NCBI GenBank assembly: GCA_963796455.1
Contig: CAWCLO010000004.1
Span: 224,001-288,000 of the forward strand
Length of the DNA: 64,000 nucleotides
Direction of reading: 5' to 3'
From: Candidatus Sulfomarinibacteraceae bacterium
Lineage (GTDB): Bacteria; Acidobacteriota; Thermoanaerobaculia; Thermoanaerobaculales; Sulfomarinibacteraceae
Below, in pieces: positions 1 through 9,762 of the stretch. The notes beneath the pieces are model-generated. The model worked only from the letters and a program-made list of their open reading frames with translations. It had not been told where the DNA came from and searched no databases. Both the position numbers and the translations under genes were made by a program. The stretch's first letter is position 1. Each line of letters opens with the position of its first letter.

Positions 1-391
1 GACGGCTGCACCACCATGGTGGTGCACGCGTCTCGCGTGCACATGGTTGAACCGCAAAGAACGCAAAGTCGCAAAGACGCAAAGACGCCAAGGCGCGGTT
101 GGCGAGATTGTGGGGGGTGCCATAAGTGTCGGCAGATCGACAGACGATCTCCGATCGCCCGTCGCCGGTGAGAAGCGGGGCGCCTCCGATCGCCAGCGCT
201 CGGAGTCACCCCGCTCCCCACCGCCCGGCACGCCTACGGCATGCCGGATCTGCCTTGTGTCGGTGACACCCTTTCTTGATTGAAGATGAGAGGAGGAAGA
301 AGGCGAGACCTGCGCGGTCGCGCAGGACCTCGCCGGGCGGAGGATTCTACCGGGACGTCCTCTGCGTCTTTTCGACTTTGCGTCTTTGCGT
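1..391. repeat. Non-coding structured repeat, direct-repeat sister of 61214-61680 (truncated by window start)
   Basis: 1-~330 aligns by eye at high identity with 61214-61529, and 327-391 with 61615-61680; contains REP palindromes and CGCAAAGA/CTTTGCG units. Confidence 0.9.
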
Positions 392-493
392 CACTCTTGT
401 CCAAGACTGCGTCTCAGACAGCGATCAGCGTCAGCGAACAGTAGTCAGCGAACAGGAGTCAGCGTCACGTATGACTGGTATGGAGCCCTGAAA

Positions 494-847
494 TCAAGAC
501 TCTGGGTTGAGTAAACGCCAGGTCATCGCACGGACTTGATCGAAGGCGTTCATCGCATCAATGGCTCCGTTCGGGCTGATCGCCCCGGCGTGGGCGAGGA
601 GCTGCAAGTGGCTGTCGACCTCTTTCGCCGAGGCGTAGGCGATTCTCCAGTGATTCGACCGGTCTCTACCGACTCGGCCGTGCCCTTCTGCCAGATTCGC
701 AGGGACCGAACTTGCCGACCGGATCACCTGATCGGCTATGGATTTCAGCGGAGCCGGAACCCTCATCACGAGCTTGATCGCGATTCCTGCCGCTTCGAGG
801 GCCTTCGAGTGGGCAACGAGGTTGGTGTTCGTGTCGGCTGAGGACAT
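494..847 (-). CDS. Four helix bundle protein (23S rRNA intervening-sequence protein / Avd-like family), 117 aa
   Basis: Motif DQVIRSASSVPANLAEGHGR...IAYASAKEV; ATG at 847 with GGAGGTG RBS. Confidence 0.9.
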   Translation of the reverse strand: MSSADTNTNLVAHSKALEAAGIAIKLVMRVPAPLKSIADQVIRSASSVPANLAEGHGRVGRDRSNHWRIAYASAKEVDSHLQLLAHAGAISPNGAIDAMNAFDQVRAMTWRLLNPES

Positions 848-984
848 GGTCACCTCCGGGTCGTTCATGCCCATACCCACAAGCCGGTGAGGCGGCCGAT
901 GTCAAGGATGCCCTGCACCCTGCTTGTCCTTGACATCGGCCGCCCACCGGCTACCCCTTCCTTGGAACGACCCGGAGGTGGCCA
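847..984 (-). promoter_or_regulatory. Nested RNA hairpin leader sequestering the RBS of the four-helix-bundle gene
   Basis: 847-866 is complementary to 965-984 (19/20); inner 26-bp stem with one bulge at 882-952. Confidence 0.7.
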
Positions 985-1443
985 CTTCGTCGCCTGTAAT
1001 CCTGACCGCTGCCGCTGCCGCTGCCGCTGATCACTGAACACTGATCGCTGTTACCTGTCGCTGCCCCTGGACTCTGTCGCTGCCGCTGCAATTCGGGATC
1101 GGGAACGGGTAGGGGCCAACCGCGAACCGGATATGCCAAAAACCAACCCGTAAACCACGTGTTGTCAGGTGGGAAGCTTCAGGTGACGATCTGTTTTGGA
1201 CAGCAGCGTCTTTGCGTTAAAACCTCGAGAGGCTGAGGCCGTTTTTTGCAGAGGTGGCTGATGGCGCTGCAACCGGGCTGTCATGTGCGTCGATCTGCGT
1301 GATCTGCGGGCAATTTGAGCGGTTCTTCCAACGGCTTTTTTTCTGGGTGCCTCTGTGGTTTTCTCGGGAAGGCCGTGTGGCATACCGTTCGCGGGCCTGC
1401 CCTGATATTCTCTCCCCTGCATTTCGCACCGGGGGGATTCCAG

Positions 1444-4400
1444 ATGAAAGCTCGTTGGCTCGTTTCTTTGGTTGTTTTATTGGCAGCTTCGGCGACCTTT
1501 GCCGAGGTCTCTGATGAAGTTCTGAATTCACTTTCCTACCGTCTGGTCGGCCCCTTTCGCGGCGGTCGCGTCACCGCGGTGACCGGAGTGCCGGGTGATC
1601 CGTTGACCTACTACATGGGCTCGACGGGAGGTGGTGTGTGGAAGACCACCGACGCCGGCAAGACCTGGAACAACGTATCGGACGCGGTCAGGATGCTGGA
1701 GCCGAAATCCGAGCCCGAAATCATGGGCGAGGTCGACCCCGCTCTTTCCGAGCTGGGTCTGCTGCGACCCCCGATCGGTGGTCTGCCGTCGGATGTCGAA
1801 TGGGAGCAACGCCCCGGCGACGCATTCGGTACCGCCTCCATCGGAGCGATCGCGGTCGCCCCTTCCGACACCAACGTGGTCTACGTCGGTACCGGTTCGG
1901 CCTGCCCGCGCGGCAACGTTTCTCCGGGCGACGGAATCTACAAGTCGGTCGACGCCGGTTCCACCTGGCGTCATATCGGACTTCCCGAGGCCGGTCAGAT
2001 CGCCCGGATCGTCGTCCATCCGACGGATCCGGATGTGGTCTACGCGGCGGTCCTGGGTCACATCTTCGGCCCCAATCCGGAGCGTGGGGTTTATCGTTCG
2101 ACCGACGGCGGTCTGAGTTGGTCGAAGGTCCTCTTCGTGTCCGACGAGGCCGGAGCGGTCGATCTTTCGATGGATGCCTCCAACCCGCGGGTGCTCTATG
2201 CCGCCATGTGGCAGGCCAAACGTTTGCCCTGGACAATGGTGTCCGGAGGCGCGGGAAGCGGCGTCTACAAAACCACTGACGGCGGCAACACCTGGGTCGA
2301 ACTCACCGAGGGGCTGCCCGAGGGGACCAAAGGGCGGATCGCCGTGGTGGTTTCACCGGCCGCGTCGAACCGCGTGTGGGCCCTGGTGGAGGCTGAGGAC
2401 GGTGGGCTCTTCCGCTCGGACAACGGCGGCAAGAAATTTCGCCGCGTCAGCAAGAGCCGCGATCTGGTTCAGCGTGCCTGGTACTACACCCACATCGAGG
2501 CGGATCCGAAGAACGCCAACACGGTCTATGTCAACAACGTCATGTTTTGGAAATCTGTTGACGGCGGCAAGAGCTTCCGCCCGATCCGGACCCCTCACGG
2601 CGACAACCACGCGATGTGGATCAACCCGGATGATCCGGCCAACCTCATTCAAGCCAACGACGGTGGCGCCAACATCAGTTTCAATGGTGGGCGCACCTGG
2701 TCGGTGCAGTCGAATCAGCCGACCTCCGAGATCTATCGCGTCACGGTGGACGACCAATGGCCCTACTGGCTCTACGGCGGCCAGCAGGACAACTCGGCCG
2801 TCGCCACTCCGAGTCGTGCCCCGGGCGGTATCGCCTGGCGTGATTGGTATGCCCCGGCGGGCTGCGAAACCGCCACAGTCGCGGTCGATCCGCGCAATCC
2901 GAACATCACCTATGGAGGCTGCTATGGAGGTTCCATCGGTCGCCACGACCGAGAGACCGGGCACGAACAGAACATGATGGCGTGGCCTCAGATGGCGGTT
3001 GGTCAACAGGCCAAGGATCTCAAGTACCGCTTCCAGTGGAACGCACCGATCCGGATTTCACCCCACGATCCGTCGATTCTCTACCACACGGCGAATATCG
3101 TGTTGAAATCCACCGACGAAGGCAGAAGCTGGACGGAGATCAGTCCGGATCTGACCCGTGACGACGAGTCGAAACAGGGTTATGCCGGCGAGCCGATCAC
3201 CCGCGACAACACCGGGGTGGAGGTCTACGGCACCATCTTTGCCTTTGAAGAGTCGCCCCATCAGGCGGGTCTGCTCTGGGCGGGCAGCGACGACGGACTG
3301 GTTCATATCTCGTCCGACGGCGGCGCGAGTTGGAGCGATATCACACCGGTCGATATGCCGGAGTGGGGGACGGTCAATGCCATCGAGCTCTCGGCTCATG
3401 ACGCCGGCCGGGCCTTTCTCGCCGTCCAGCGCTACCGCCAGGACGATTTCACCCCGTACATCTTCCGCACCGATGACTTTGGCAAGAGCTGGTCGATGCT
3501 CAGCAACGGCTCCAACGGCATTCCCGCCGATCATTTTGTCCGCGTCGTACGCGAAGATCCCGAACGTGAGGGTCTGCTCTACGCCGGCACCGAGTTCGGG
3601 CTCTATGTGTCATTCAACGACGGCACGAAATGGCAGCCGCTGCAACTCAATCTGCCGGTTACCCCGATCACCGATCTCGCCGTCAAACGTGGAGATCTGG
3701 TGGTGGCGACGCAGGGCCGGTCGTTCTGGATCCTGGATGATTTGACCGTTCTGCATCAGCTGACCGAAGACGCGGCTGAGGCGGACTTCCACCTCTTCAC
3801 GCCTCGCACCGTTGTACGGTGGGTCGATCAATCGGGCGGCGGTGGACGCGGTGCGGTGGGACAGAACCCGCCCTTCGGCGCCACGATCCACTATGTCCTG
3901 CCGAATGGCATGGGCGAGAAGGATGCCGACGAGGTGACCCTCGAGATCCTCGACGCTTCGGGAGAGGTGCTGCGAAGCCTTTCGAGCAAGACCCCTGAGA
4001 AAGTCGCACCAAGCCCCTGGCGGCAGATGTTCCCGGAGCTCTTCGAACCGCTTCTTTTGAAGGTGCGGGCCGGCGCCAACCGCTATGTTTGGAACCTGGC
4101 TCTGCCCGATGCGGGCTTGGTTGACGACGCGGTGGTTTGGGGCTCCCCGGGGGGGCCGACGGTTCCGCCGGGCTCCTATCAGGCACGGATGACGGTGGGC
4201 GACTGGAGCAAGACGACTTCGTTCGAGGTTGTCCAGGACCCGAGGCTCGATGTTTCGCAGGAGGCCGCCGATCAGCAGTTTGCTCTGGCCTCAGCGATCT
4301 GGAGAGAAATCACCCGTTCACACGACGCCATCAAACGGATCCGGAAGATCCGTGATCAGGTCGAGACCATCGCCGAACGGATGGACGACGAGGCGATCAC

Positions 4401-4707
4401 AGAAAAGGCTGGGGAGATCAACGAGGCTCTGACCTCGATCGAGGAGAAAATGCGCCAGGTCAAGAGCGAGGTGGGCCAGGACGTGCTCAACTTCCCGCCA
4501 CAGATCGACAATCAACTGGTTTACCTCCAGGGTGTCGTGGAGAGCACTGTCGGCGCCCCGCTGCAAAGCTCTCGCGATCGATTCACAGAGCTCGAGACCG
4601 AGCTTAATGGTTACATCGCGGACCTCGATGCGATCGTCGAGGAGCGGGTGGCGGAATTCGAGGGGATGCTCGAAGCAGCCGATCCCCCGCGCATCGCGGT
4701 CGACTAG
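1444..4707 (+). CDS. Secreted BNR/Asp-box repeat beta-propeller protein (VPS10/sortilin-like, glycosyl hydrolase-like)
   Basis: Signal peptide MKARWLVSL...; GPFRGGRVTAV; many S/T-x-D-G-G-x-T/S-W Asp boxes; C-terminal coiled coil. Confidence 0.9.
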   Translation: MKARWLVSLVVLLAASATFAEVSDEVLNSLSYRLVGPFRGGRVTAVTGVPGDPLTYYMGSTGGGVWKTTDAGKTWNNVSDAVRMLEPKSEPEIMGEVDPALSELGLLRPPIGGLPSDVEWEQRPGDAFGTASIGAIAVAPSDTNVVYVGTGSACPRGNVSPGDGIYKSVDAGSTWRHIGLPEAGQIARIVVHPTDPDVVYAAVLGHIFGPNPERGVYRSTDGGLSWSKVLFVSDEAGAVDLSMDASNPRVLYAAMWQAKRLPWTMVSGGAGSGVYKTTDGGNTWVELTEGLPEGTKGRIAVVVSPAASNRVWALVEAEDGGLFRSDNGGKKFRRVSKSRDLVQRAWYYTHIEADPKNANTVYVNNVMFWKSVDGGKSFRPIRTPHGDNHAMWINPDDPANLIQANDGGANISFNGGRTWSVQSNQPTSEIYRVTVDDQWPYWLYGGQQDNSAVATPSRAPGGIAWRDWYAPAGCETATVAVDPRNPNITYGGCYGGSIGRHDRETGHEQNMMAWPQMAVGQQAKDLKYRFQWNAPIRISPHDPSILYHTANIVLKSTDEGRSWTEISPDLTRDDESKQGYAGEPITRDNTGVEVYGTIFAFEESPHQAGLLWAGSDDGLVHISSDGGASWSDITPVDMPEWGTVNAIELSAHDAGRAFLAVQRYRQDDFTPYIFRTDDFGKSWSMLSNGSNGIPADHFVRVVREDPEREGLLYAGTEFGLYVSFNDGTKWQPLQLNLPVTPITDLAVKRGDLVVATQGRSFWILDDLTVLHQLTEDAAEADFHLFTPRTVVRWVDQSGGGGRGAVGQNPPFGATIHYVLPNGMGEKDADEVTLEILDASGEVLRSLSSKTPEKVAPSPWRQMFPELFEPLLLKVRAGANRYVWNLALPDAGLVDDAVVWGSPGGPTVPPGSYQARMTVGDWSKTTSFEVVQDPRLDVSQEAADQQFALASAIWREITRSHDAIKRIRKIRDQVETIAERMDDEAITEKAGEINEALTSIEEKMRQVKSEVGQDVLNFPPQIDNQLVYLQGVVESTVGAPLQSSRDRFTELETELNGYIADLDAIVEERVAEFEGMLEAADPPRIAVD

Positions 4708-4727
4708 CGGCAACGCACCGAACAAAC

Positions 4728-4755
4728 AAACCCGGGGCAAAGGCCCCGGGTTTTT
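4728..4755 (+). terminator. Rho-independent terminator
   Basis: AAACCCGGGGC-AAAG-GCCCCGGGTTT followed by T-run, just after stop at 4707. Confidence 0.8.
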
Positions 4756-4869
4756 CTGTTTGGGGCCGGCTTGCGGTTCAAGGAAACCGGGACCGCGAAA
4801 ATCCGTATTACAGACGATGCTTTTCGCCATCGCTTCACACATGCAACAAATTGAAAATCAGGAGGTCTG

Positions 4870-6063
4870 ATGCAACGTCACGTCGTGTTCCTTTTTCTCG
4901 TGTGCCTTGTGGCGGCCGCGGCCAACGCCGGCGAGCCCATTACCATTGGTGAGACCATCACCCTGCAGTCGAAGATCATGGGCGAGGAGCGCACTGTCCT
5001 GGTGTCCACACCTCCCGGTTACGAGCAGGGCACGGGCACCTTCGCGGTCCTCTATATGACGGATGGCAACGGCCATTTCACCCATACCCGCGGGACCGTC
5101 GATTTTCTCGCCGGCAACGGTCTGATGCCCCAGGTCATCATCGTGGCGGTCGGAAACACCGATCGGACCCGTGATCTCACGCCGACCCACGTCGAGCGCC
5201 CCCAGACGGAGGGTGGACCACCTCCAGCGCCCACCAGCGGCGGCGCCTCGAAGTTTCTCGATTTCTTTGAGAGTGAGCTCATTCCGTTTATCGATGAGAA
5301 TTACCGGACCGTGCCGCTGCGGCTCTTTGCCGGCCATTCATTCGGCGGACTCTTCGCGCTCAACGCCAACTTCACCCGTCCAGAGCTCTTCGGCGCGGTC
5401 ATCGCCGTCAGCCCGAGTCTTGCTTGGGACGACGAACTGCCGGCGCGGCAGGCGGCGGAGTTTTTCAAGGATCGGAAGGAATTCAACGCGGACCTCTTTG
5501 TCACCATGGGCAATGAAGAGGAGGGCGACCCGAGGCCCAACCGACTCGACCGTCTCGAATCGGCGCTCGAGGCCTCGAATGCCAAGGGCTTCCGCTGGCA
5601 GATCAAACGCCTGCCCGACGAGACCCACGGATCGGTGGTGCTCCGATCCCACTACTGGGGCTTGCGTTTTGTCTTTGAAGGTTGGCAACTCCCGAGAGAC
5701 GCCGAAACCGGTCGAGTCGATGGCGGTCTCGATACAGTCAAAAAGCACTACGCCGCTCTGTCGAAGCGATATGGGTTCACGGTCCTGCCCGACGAAAACC
5801 AACTCAACGGCCTCGGCTACCAATTCCTCCTGGGAGGGGATATCGAACCGGCGATCGAGGTCTTTTTATACAACACAGAGTTGTATCCCGGGGCTGCAAA
5901 CCCCTTTGACAGCCTCGGCGAGGCCTATGAAGCAGCGGGGAAGATGAAGCAGGCCTTCGAGGCCTACTCCACGGCCGTCACGAATGCCGAAAAAAGCGGC
6001 GATGACCGAATCGGGATCTTCACCACCAACCGGGATCGAGCGAAAACCGCGATCGAGCAGTGA
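4870..6063 (+). CDS. Secreted alpha/beta-hydrolase esterase (IroE/BesA-like) with C-terminal TPR
   Basis: VLYMTDG, RTRDLTP, GHSFGG nucleophile elbow, ETHGS; TPR-like DSLGEAY; AGGAGG RBS. Confidence 0.9.
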   Translation: MQRHVVFLFLVCLVAAAANAGEPITIGETITLQSKIMGEERTVLVSTPPGYEQGTGTFAVLYMTDGNGHFTHTRGTVDFLAGNGLMPQVIIVAVGNTDRTRDLTPTHVERPQTEGGPPPAPTSGGASKFLDFFESELIPFIDENYRTVPLRLFAGHSFGGLFALNANFTRPELFGAVIAVSPSLAWDDELPARQAAEFFKDRKEFNADLFVTMGNEEEGDPRPNRLDRLESALEASNAKGFRWQIKRLPDETHGSVVLRSHYWGLRFVFEGWQLPRDAETGRVDGGLDTVKKHYAALSKRYGFTVLPDENQLNGLGYQFLLGGDIEPAIEVFLYNTELYPGAANPFDSLGEAYEAAGKMKQAFEAYSTAVTNAEKSGDDRIGIFTTNRDRAKTAIEQ

Positions 6064-6150
6064 CATTGTGATCGACCGGTTCAAGGGTCGTCGACGTGCG
6101 GACAGATGGCGCGGCCGCGACCTTCGACCTATATTCGAGGTGGAGGAGCC

Positions 6151-8296
6151 GTGTTTCGATTAGGGCTCGTGACAATTCTGACGGCCGTCGTTTCGACCGG
6201 TTTCGCGACCGACAGGCCGGACAACCGCGAGGAGACAGAGGACGGGTGTTCGCGCGCCAAGATCGCGCTGCATCGAATCGAGACGCTGACCAAGCACCTC
6301 GAAGATTCCGGCCATGCCTTGACCGATGTCCAGCACTACGTGCTCGACTTCGAGGTCGATCCCGCGGCCGAGATCATCGATGGCTCCACCACCATGACGG
6401 TCATGAGCAGGGTGGATGATCTTTCCGAGTTCAGGTTCTGGCTCAACGAGACCATGGTCATCTCGTCGGTGGAAATCGATGGCCAAGCTGCATCGTGGCA
6501 ACGCTTCGACACCACCCGGGTCGATGTGAACCTGGATCGTGTGTATGCCGAGGGCGAGATCTTCGCTCTCGAGGTGAGCTATCGCGGGAGGCCTGCACCC
6601 GCGTGGTTCTTCTCGACCCAGGGCACCTCACCCATCGTGTCGACCCTGAGCCAACCGTGGAATGCCTCGGACTGGTGGGCGGTCAAGAACGACAATACCG
6701 ACAAGGCAACCGGTGAGCTCCTGGTGACGGTTCCCGCGAATCTGATCGTTGTATCCAACGGCGTTTGGATATCAACCGAGAACGTGTCCGGCAATCGGAG
6801 TCGCTTTCACTGGTCCACTGCCTATCCCACCACGCCCTACCTTTTTGCATTTTCGACCACCGAATACAACACCTTCGAGGAGACCTATTTCTTCGAAGGC
6901 GGTTCGATGCCGGTGGAGTTCTTCATCTACCCCGATTCGGACACCACCGAGAATCGTGACGGGTGGCGTCTTTCGGTCGACATGCTGGCGACCTTCGAAG
7001 AGCTCTTTGGTCCCTACCCGTTCCAGGATGAAAAATACGCCATCTATCAGTTTCCATTTGGCGGCGGAATGGAGCACCAGACAGCGAGCGGCCAGGGCGG
7101 CAATTCGGCCTTCAGGGACTATCTGACCGCACATGAAGCGGCCCACCAGTGGTGGGGCGACATGGTGACCTGCGCAACATGGAATGACATCTGGCTCAAC
7201 GAGGGTTTTGCCACCTATTCCACGGGTTTGTGGTACGAGTGGGAGTCCGGAACCTCCAACCCCGACGCGCTTCAGACCTATATGGAGATCCGGCGGCCGG
7301 ACCAGCTCGACGGCACCGTCTACGTCTACGATGCCTCCGACTCGGCTCGCATCTTTTCGTCGAACTATTCCTACAGCAAAGGAGCCTGGGTTGTTCACAT
7401 GTTGCGCGGAGTGGTGGGCGATGAGAACTTCTTCGACATCCTCGCCGCCTACCGCGATCGGTATGAGTTCTCGACCGCGACGACCGACGACTTCAAAAGG
7501 GTCGCGGAGGAGATCTGGGGCTCCAATCTCGCGTGGTTTTTTGACGAGTGGGTCTACGGCGGCGGTGCGCCCGCATACCGCAATGGCTGGCAGGAAACCG
7601 TGGTCAACGGACAACGGTATCTGGAGCTCCTCATCGAGCAGAGCCAAAATGAGGCGGTCTTTCAGATGCCTTTGGAGATCGTGACCGACGAAAGTGGTCA
7701 GCCCCGCAGTTACACCATCTGGAACGACGCTCGCGTCGAGCACCATCTGATCCCTGTTTCAGGTGCGGTGGACGATGTCGACCTCGACCCGGAGAACTGG
7801 ATTCTCAGCCGGATCAACATCGAGGGTCGCATTCTTCGATGGACCACCAAAAGTCGTGGCGATCGATCCTGCACCAGGGTTCGTCCACTTCATGGGCGAG
7901 CCCCTGGCGGTCGACATCACCTTCCATCGAGATGTCGTGATCGACGCTGACGACTTTGTTCTCCGTCGTCAGGGCGGCCGCGACCATGCGCTCGATGTCT
8001 TCTACAACGCCACGACCCAAACCGTAACCCTGAGGGCCGGGGCGCAGCTGCCGGGTGGGTGGTACCAGATCATCGTCAAGGATGCGATCGTCGATACCGA
8101 AGACGGCATCGCGCTCGACGGCGAGCTCGAGACCGTTCGAAGCAGCCTCCTTCCGAGTGGTGACGGCGTTCCCGGTGGCGACTCCGTGATCGATTTCGGG
8201 GTCATCGGCCTCAGGCAATCCACCGACCGCCGGATGATCCCGATGGGCGCCGCCAAAACCCCTCAGCGAAACCAACCCGGCTGGGCTCCATTCTGA
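6151..8296 (+). CDS. M1 family zinc aminopeptidase with C-terminal Ig-like domain; +1 frameshift near 7825
   Basis: GGMEH, HEAAH...WLNEGFA motifs; reading continues in the 7763-8296 frame (VAFFDGPPKVVAIDPAPG) after GAGGGTC; GTG start with GGAGGAG RBS. Confidence 0.85.
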
Positions 8297-8811
8297 CGCG
8301 CTTCGGAGACGATCCTTCCAAGCGATGCCCGCTGCCGTCTCAGCTCTTCCCCGATCTCTTTCAATCGAGCCTCAGCGCGAGCGAGTCGTGCCAGGCTCCT
8401 GGGAGTCAGACGGCCGTCCTGGATGAGATCGATATCGGCTTCCACCTGCCTCTTCTTGCGCTCGACCTCATGGACTCGTTGCTGTTGTTTGAGGTACCGC
8501 GAGCGCCAGAGGGCCCGAGTGCGGGCCTCTGCGGCCGCCGGTGCCGAGGCCACCACGAGATCCCCCGATGGGCCCTCGATCAAGGCCGTTTGGCTGCCGA
8601 TGACCTGGACGTTGTCGTTGCTGATGGTCACCCGGCCGGTATCGTCGGTGGCGAGGGTTCGACGAAGTTCGAGCGTTCTGGCGTAGGCGGCGAGAGTCCC
8701 GGGCCGGGGTGTTGAAGGTGGCTGTTCAGCCGAGTTGGCAACGACCGAACAACAAAATGTGAACAGAATCTGGGCCGCGAGTGTGGTCTGGGATTGGTTT
8801 GGAAAATCCAT
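8263..8811 (-). CDS. Hypothetical exported coiled-coil protein
   Basis: Hydrophobic N-terminus, charged helical C-terminus ending PGWFR. Confidence 0.6.
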   Translation of the reverse strand: MDFPNQSQTTLAAQILFTFCCSVVANSAEQPPSTPRPGTLAAYARTLELRRTLATDDTGRVTISNDNVQVIGSQTALIEGPSGDLVVASAPAAAEARTRALWRSRYLKQQQRVHEVERKKRQVEADIDLIQDGRLTPRSLARLARAEARLKEIGEELRRQRASLGRIVSEARQNGAQPGWFR

Positions 8812-8865
8812 GCCGGAGTCCTTTCCGGCGTGGACGGGATGGGGTGATCATAGACGATTCAGGGC

Positions 8866-9040
8866 AGGGGGGAAAGGGAGGAAAGGGAGAAAGGGAGAAA
8901 GGGAGAAAGGGAGCAGGGGGGAAGGGGAGAAAGGGAGATCGCCAGTCGACCCCATTTCGCTCCTGATCCCGTTCCCGATCCCGGATAAGACGTACATCGC
9001 AGAGGGGCAGAGGGGCAGAGGGGCGAGGGAGGGGCAGAGG
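8866..9040. repeat. Tandem-repeat cassette (GGGAGAAA)n + (ATCCCG/TTCCCG)n + (GCAGAGGG)n
   Basis: Same unit types as cassettes at 10653-11494, 43457-43603 and 44543-44940. Confidence 0.85.
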
Positions 9041-9189
9041 ATGGCTCGCCATCTTCGCTATCGAACGGTTTTTGTGGATACCGGTATCAAAGGGGTAAAG
9101 GGAGACTGAGGCGGTGCATCTGGTTGTGAGGAATCAGGAATTCCATCGCGCCCTTACTTGACAGTCCTTGAGGCGAATCTACGATTTCG

Positions 9190-9285
9190 CTGCATCCTGC
9201 ATCCTGTCTGCATCCTGCATCCTGCATCCTGCATCCTGCATCCTGCATCCTGCATCCTGCATCCTGCATCCTGCATCCTGCATCC
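9190..9285. repeat. Heptamer array (CTGCATC)x13 with a 4-nt interruption
   Basis: Direct reading; abuts the ferredoxin stop codon. Confidence 0.95.
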
Positions 9286-9286
9286 G

Positions 9287-9610
9287 CTACCAGATTTCGG
9301 GTGGGGCCTTGAGCCTCTCGACGGCTTGCCCGCCGAGGAGGTGGTCGTCAAAGATTTCGCGAACATCGGCCGTGGTAACTCCGACGTACATGACGCCGTC
9401 GGGGTAGACGAGCACGCTCGGTCCGAGTTCGCACGGACCGAGGCAACCGCTGCGGGTGATCTTGATCCTGCCGTAGGCCTGCCGCGCCTCCATCAATCGG
9501 CCGAATTCCATCATCAGATCCTGGGCACCGCGTTCACCGCAAGATCCTTTGGGGTTCCCGGGCGGGCGTTCGTTGAGGCAGAGAAACACGTGTTTTTCGG
9601 GTCGGGGCAT
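9287..9610 (-). CDS. Thioredoxin-like [2Fe-2S] ferredoxin
   Basis: HVFLC...GSC...SGCLGPCELGPSVLVYPDGVMY. Confidence 0.92.
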   Translation of the reverse strand: MPRPEKHVFLCLNERPPGNPKGSCGERGAQDLMMEFGRLMEARQAYGRIKITRSGCLGPCELGPSVLVYPDGVMYVGVTTADVREIFDDHLLGGQAVERLKAPPEIW

Positions 9611-9704
9611 GACGGAACTCCAGCAATGATGTTCAGTGTCCGCAACGAAACGGAAGATCGAATTGTTCCCTGAGAGGGGCCAAGAGCACAAGGCAATATG
9701 CTAA

Positions 9705-9739
9705 AGCCCATAGCCCATAGCCCATAGCCCATAGCCTAT
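9705..9739. repeat. Heptamer array (AGCCCAT)x4 + AGCCTAT
   Basis: Direct reading. Confidence 0.9.
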
Positions 9740-9762
9740 TGCCTGTAGGTTGCGATGCCCGC

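Larger units (their letters stand above)
392..1208. mobile_element. Non-autonomous TIR-bounded element carrying a four-helix-bundle gene
   Basis: Ends CACTCTTGTCCAAGAC / TCTGTTTTGGACAGCAGCG match the ends of 58129-58583; flanked by TCTTTGCGT at 383-391 and 1209-1217; no transposase. Confidence 0.7.
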
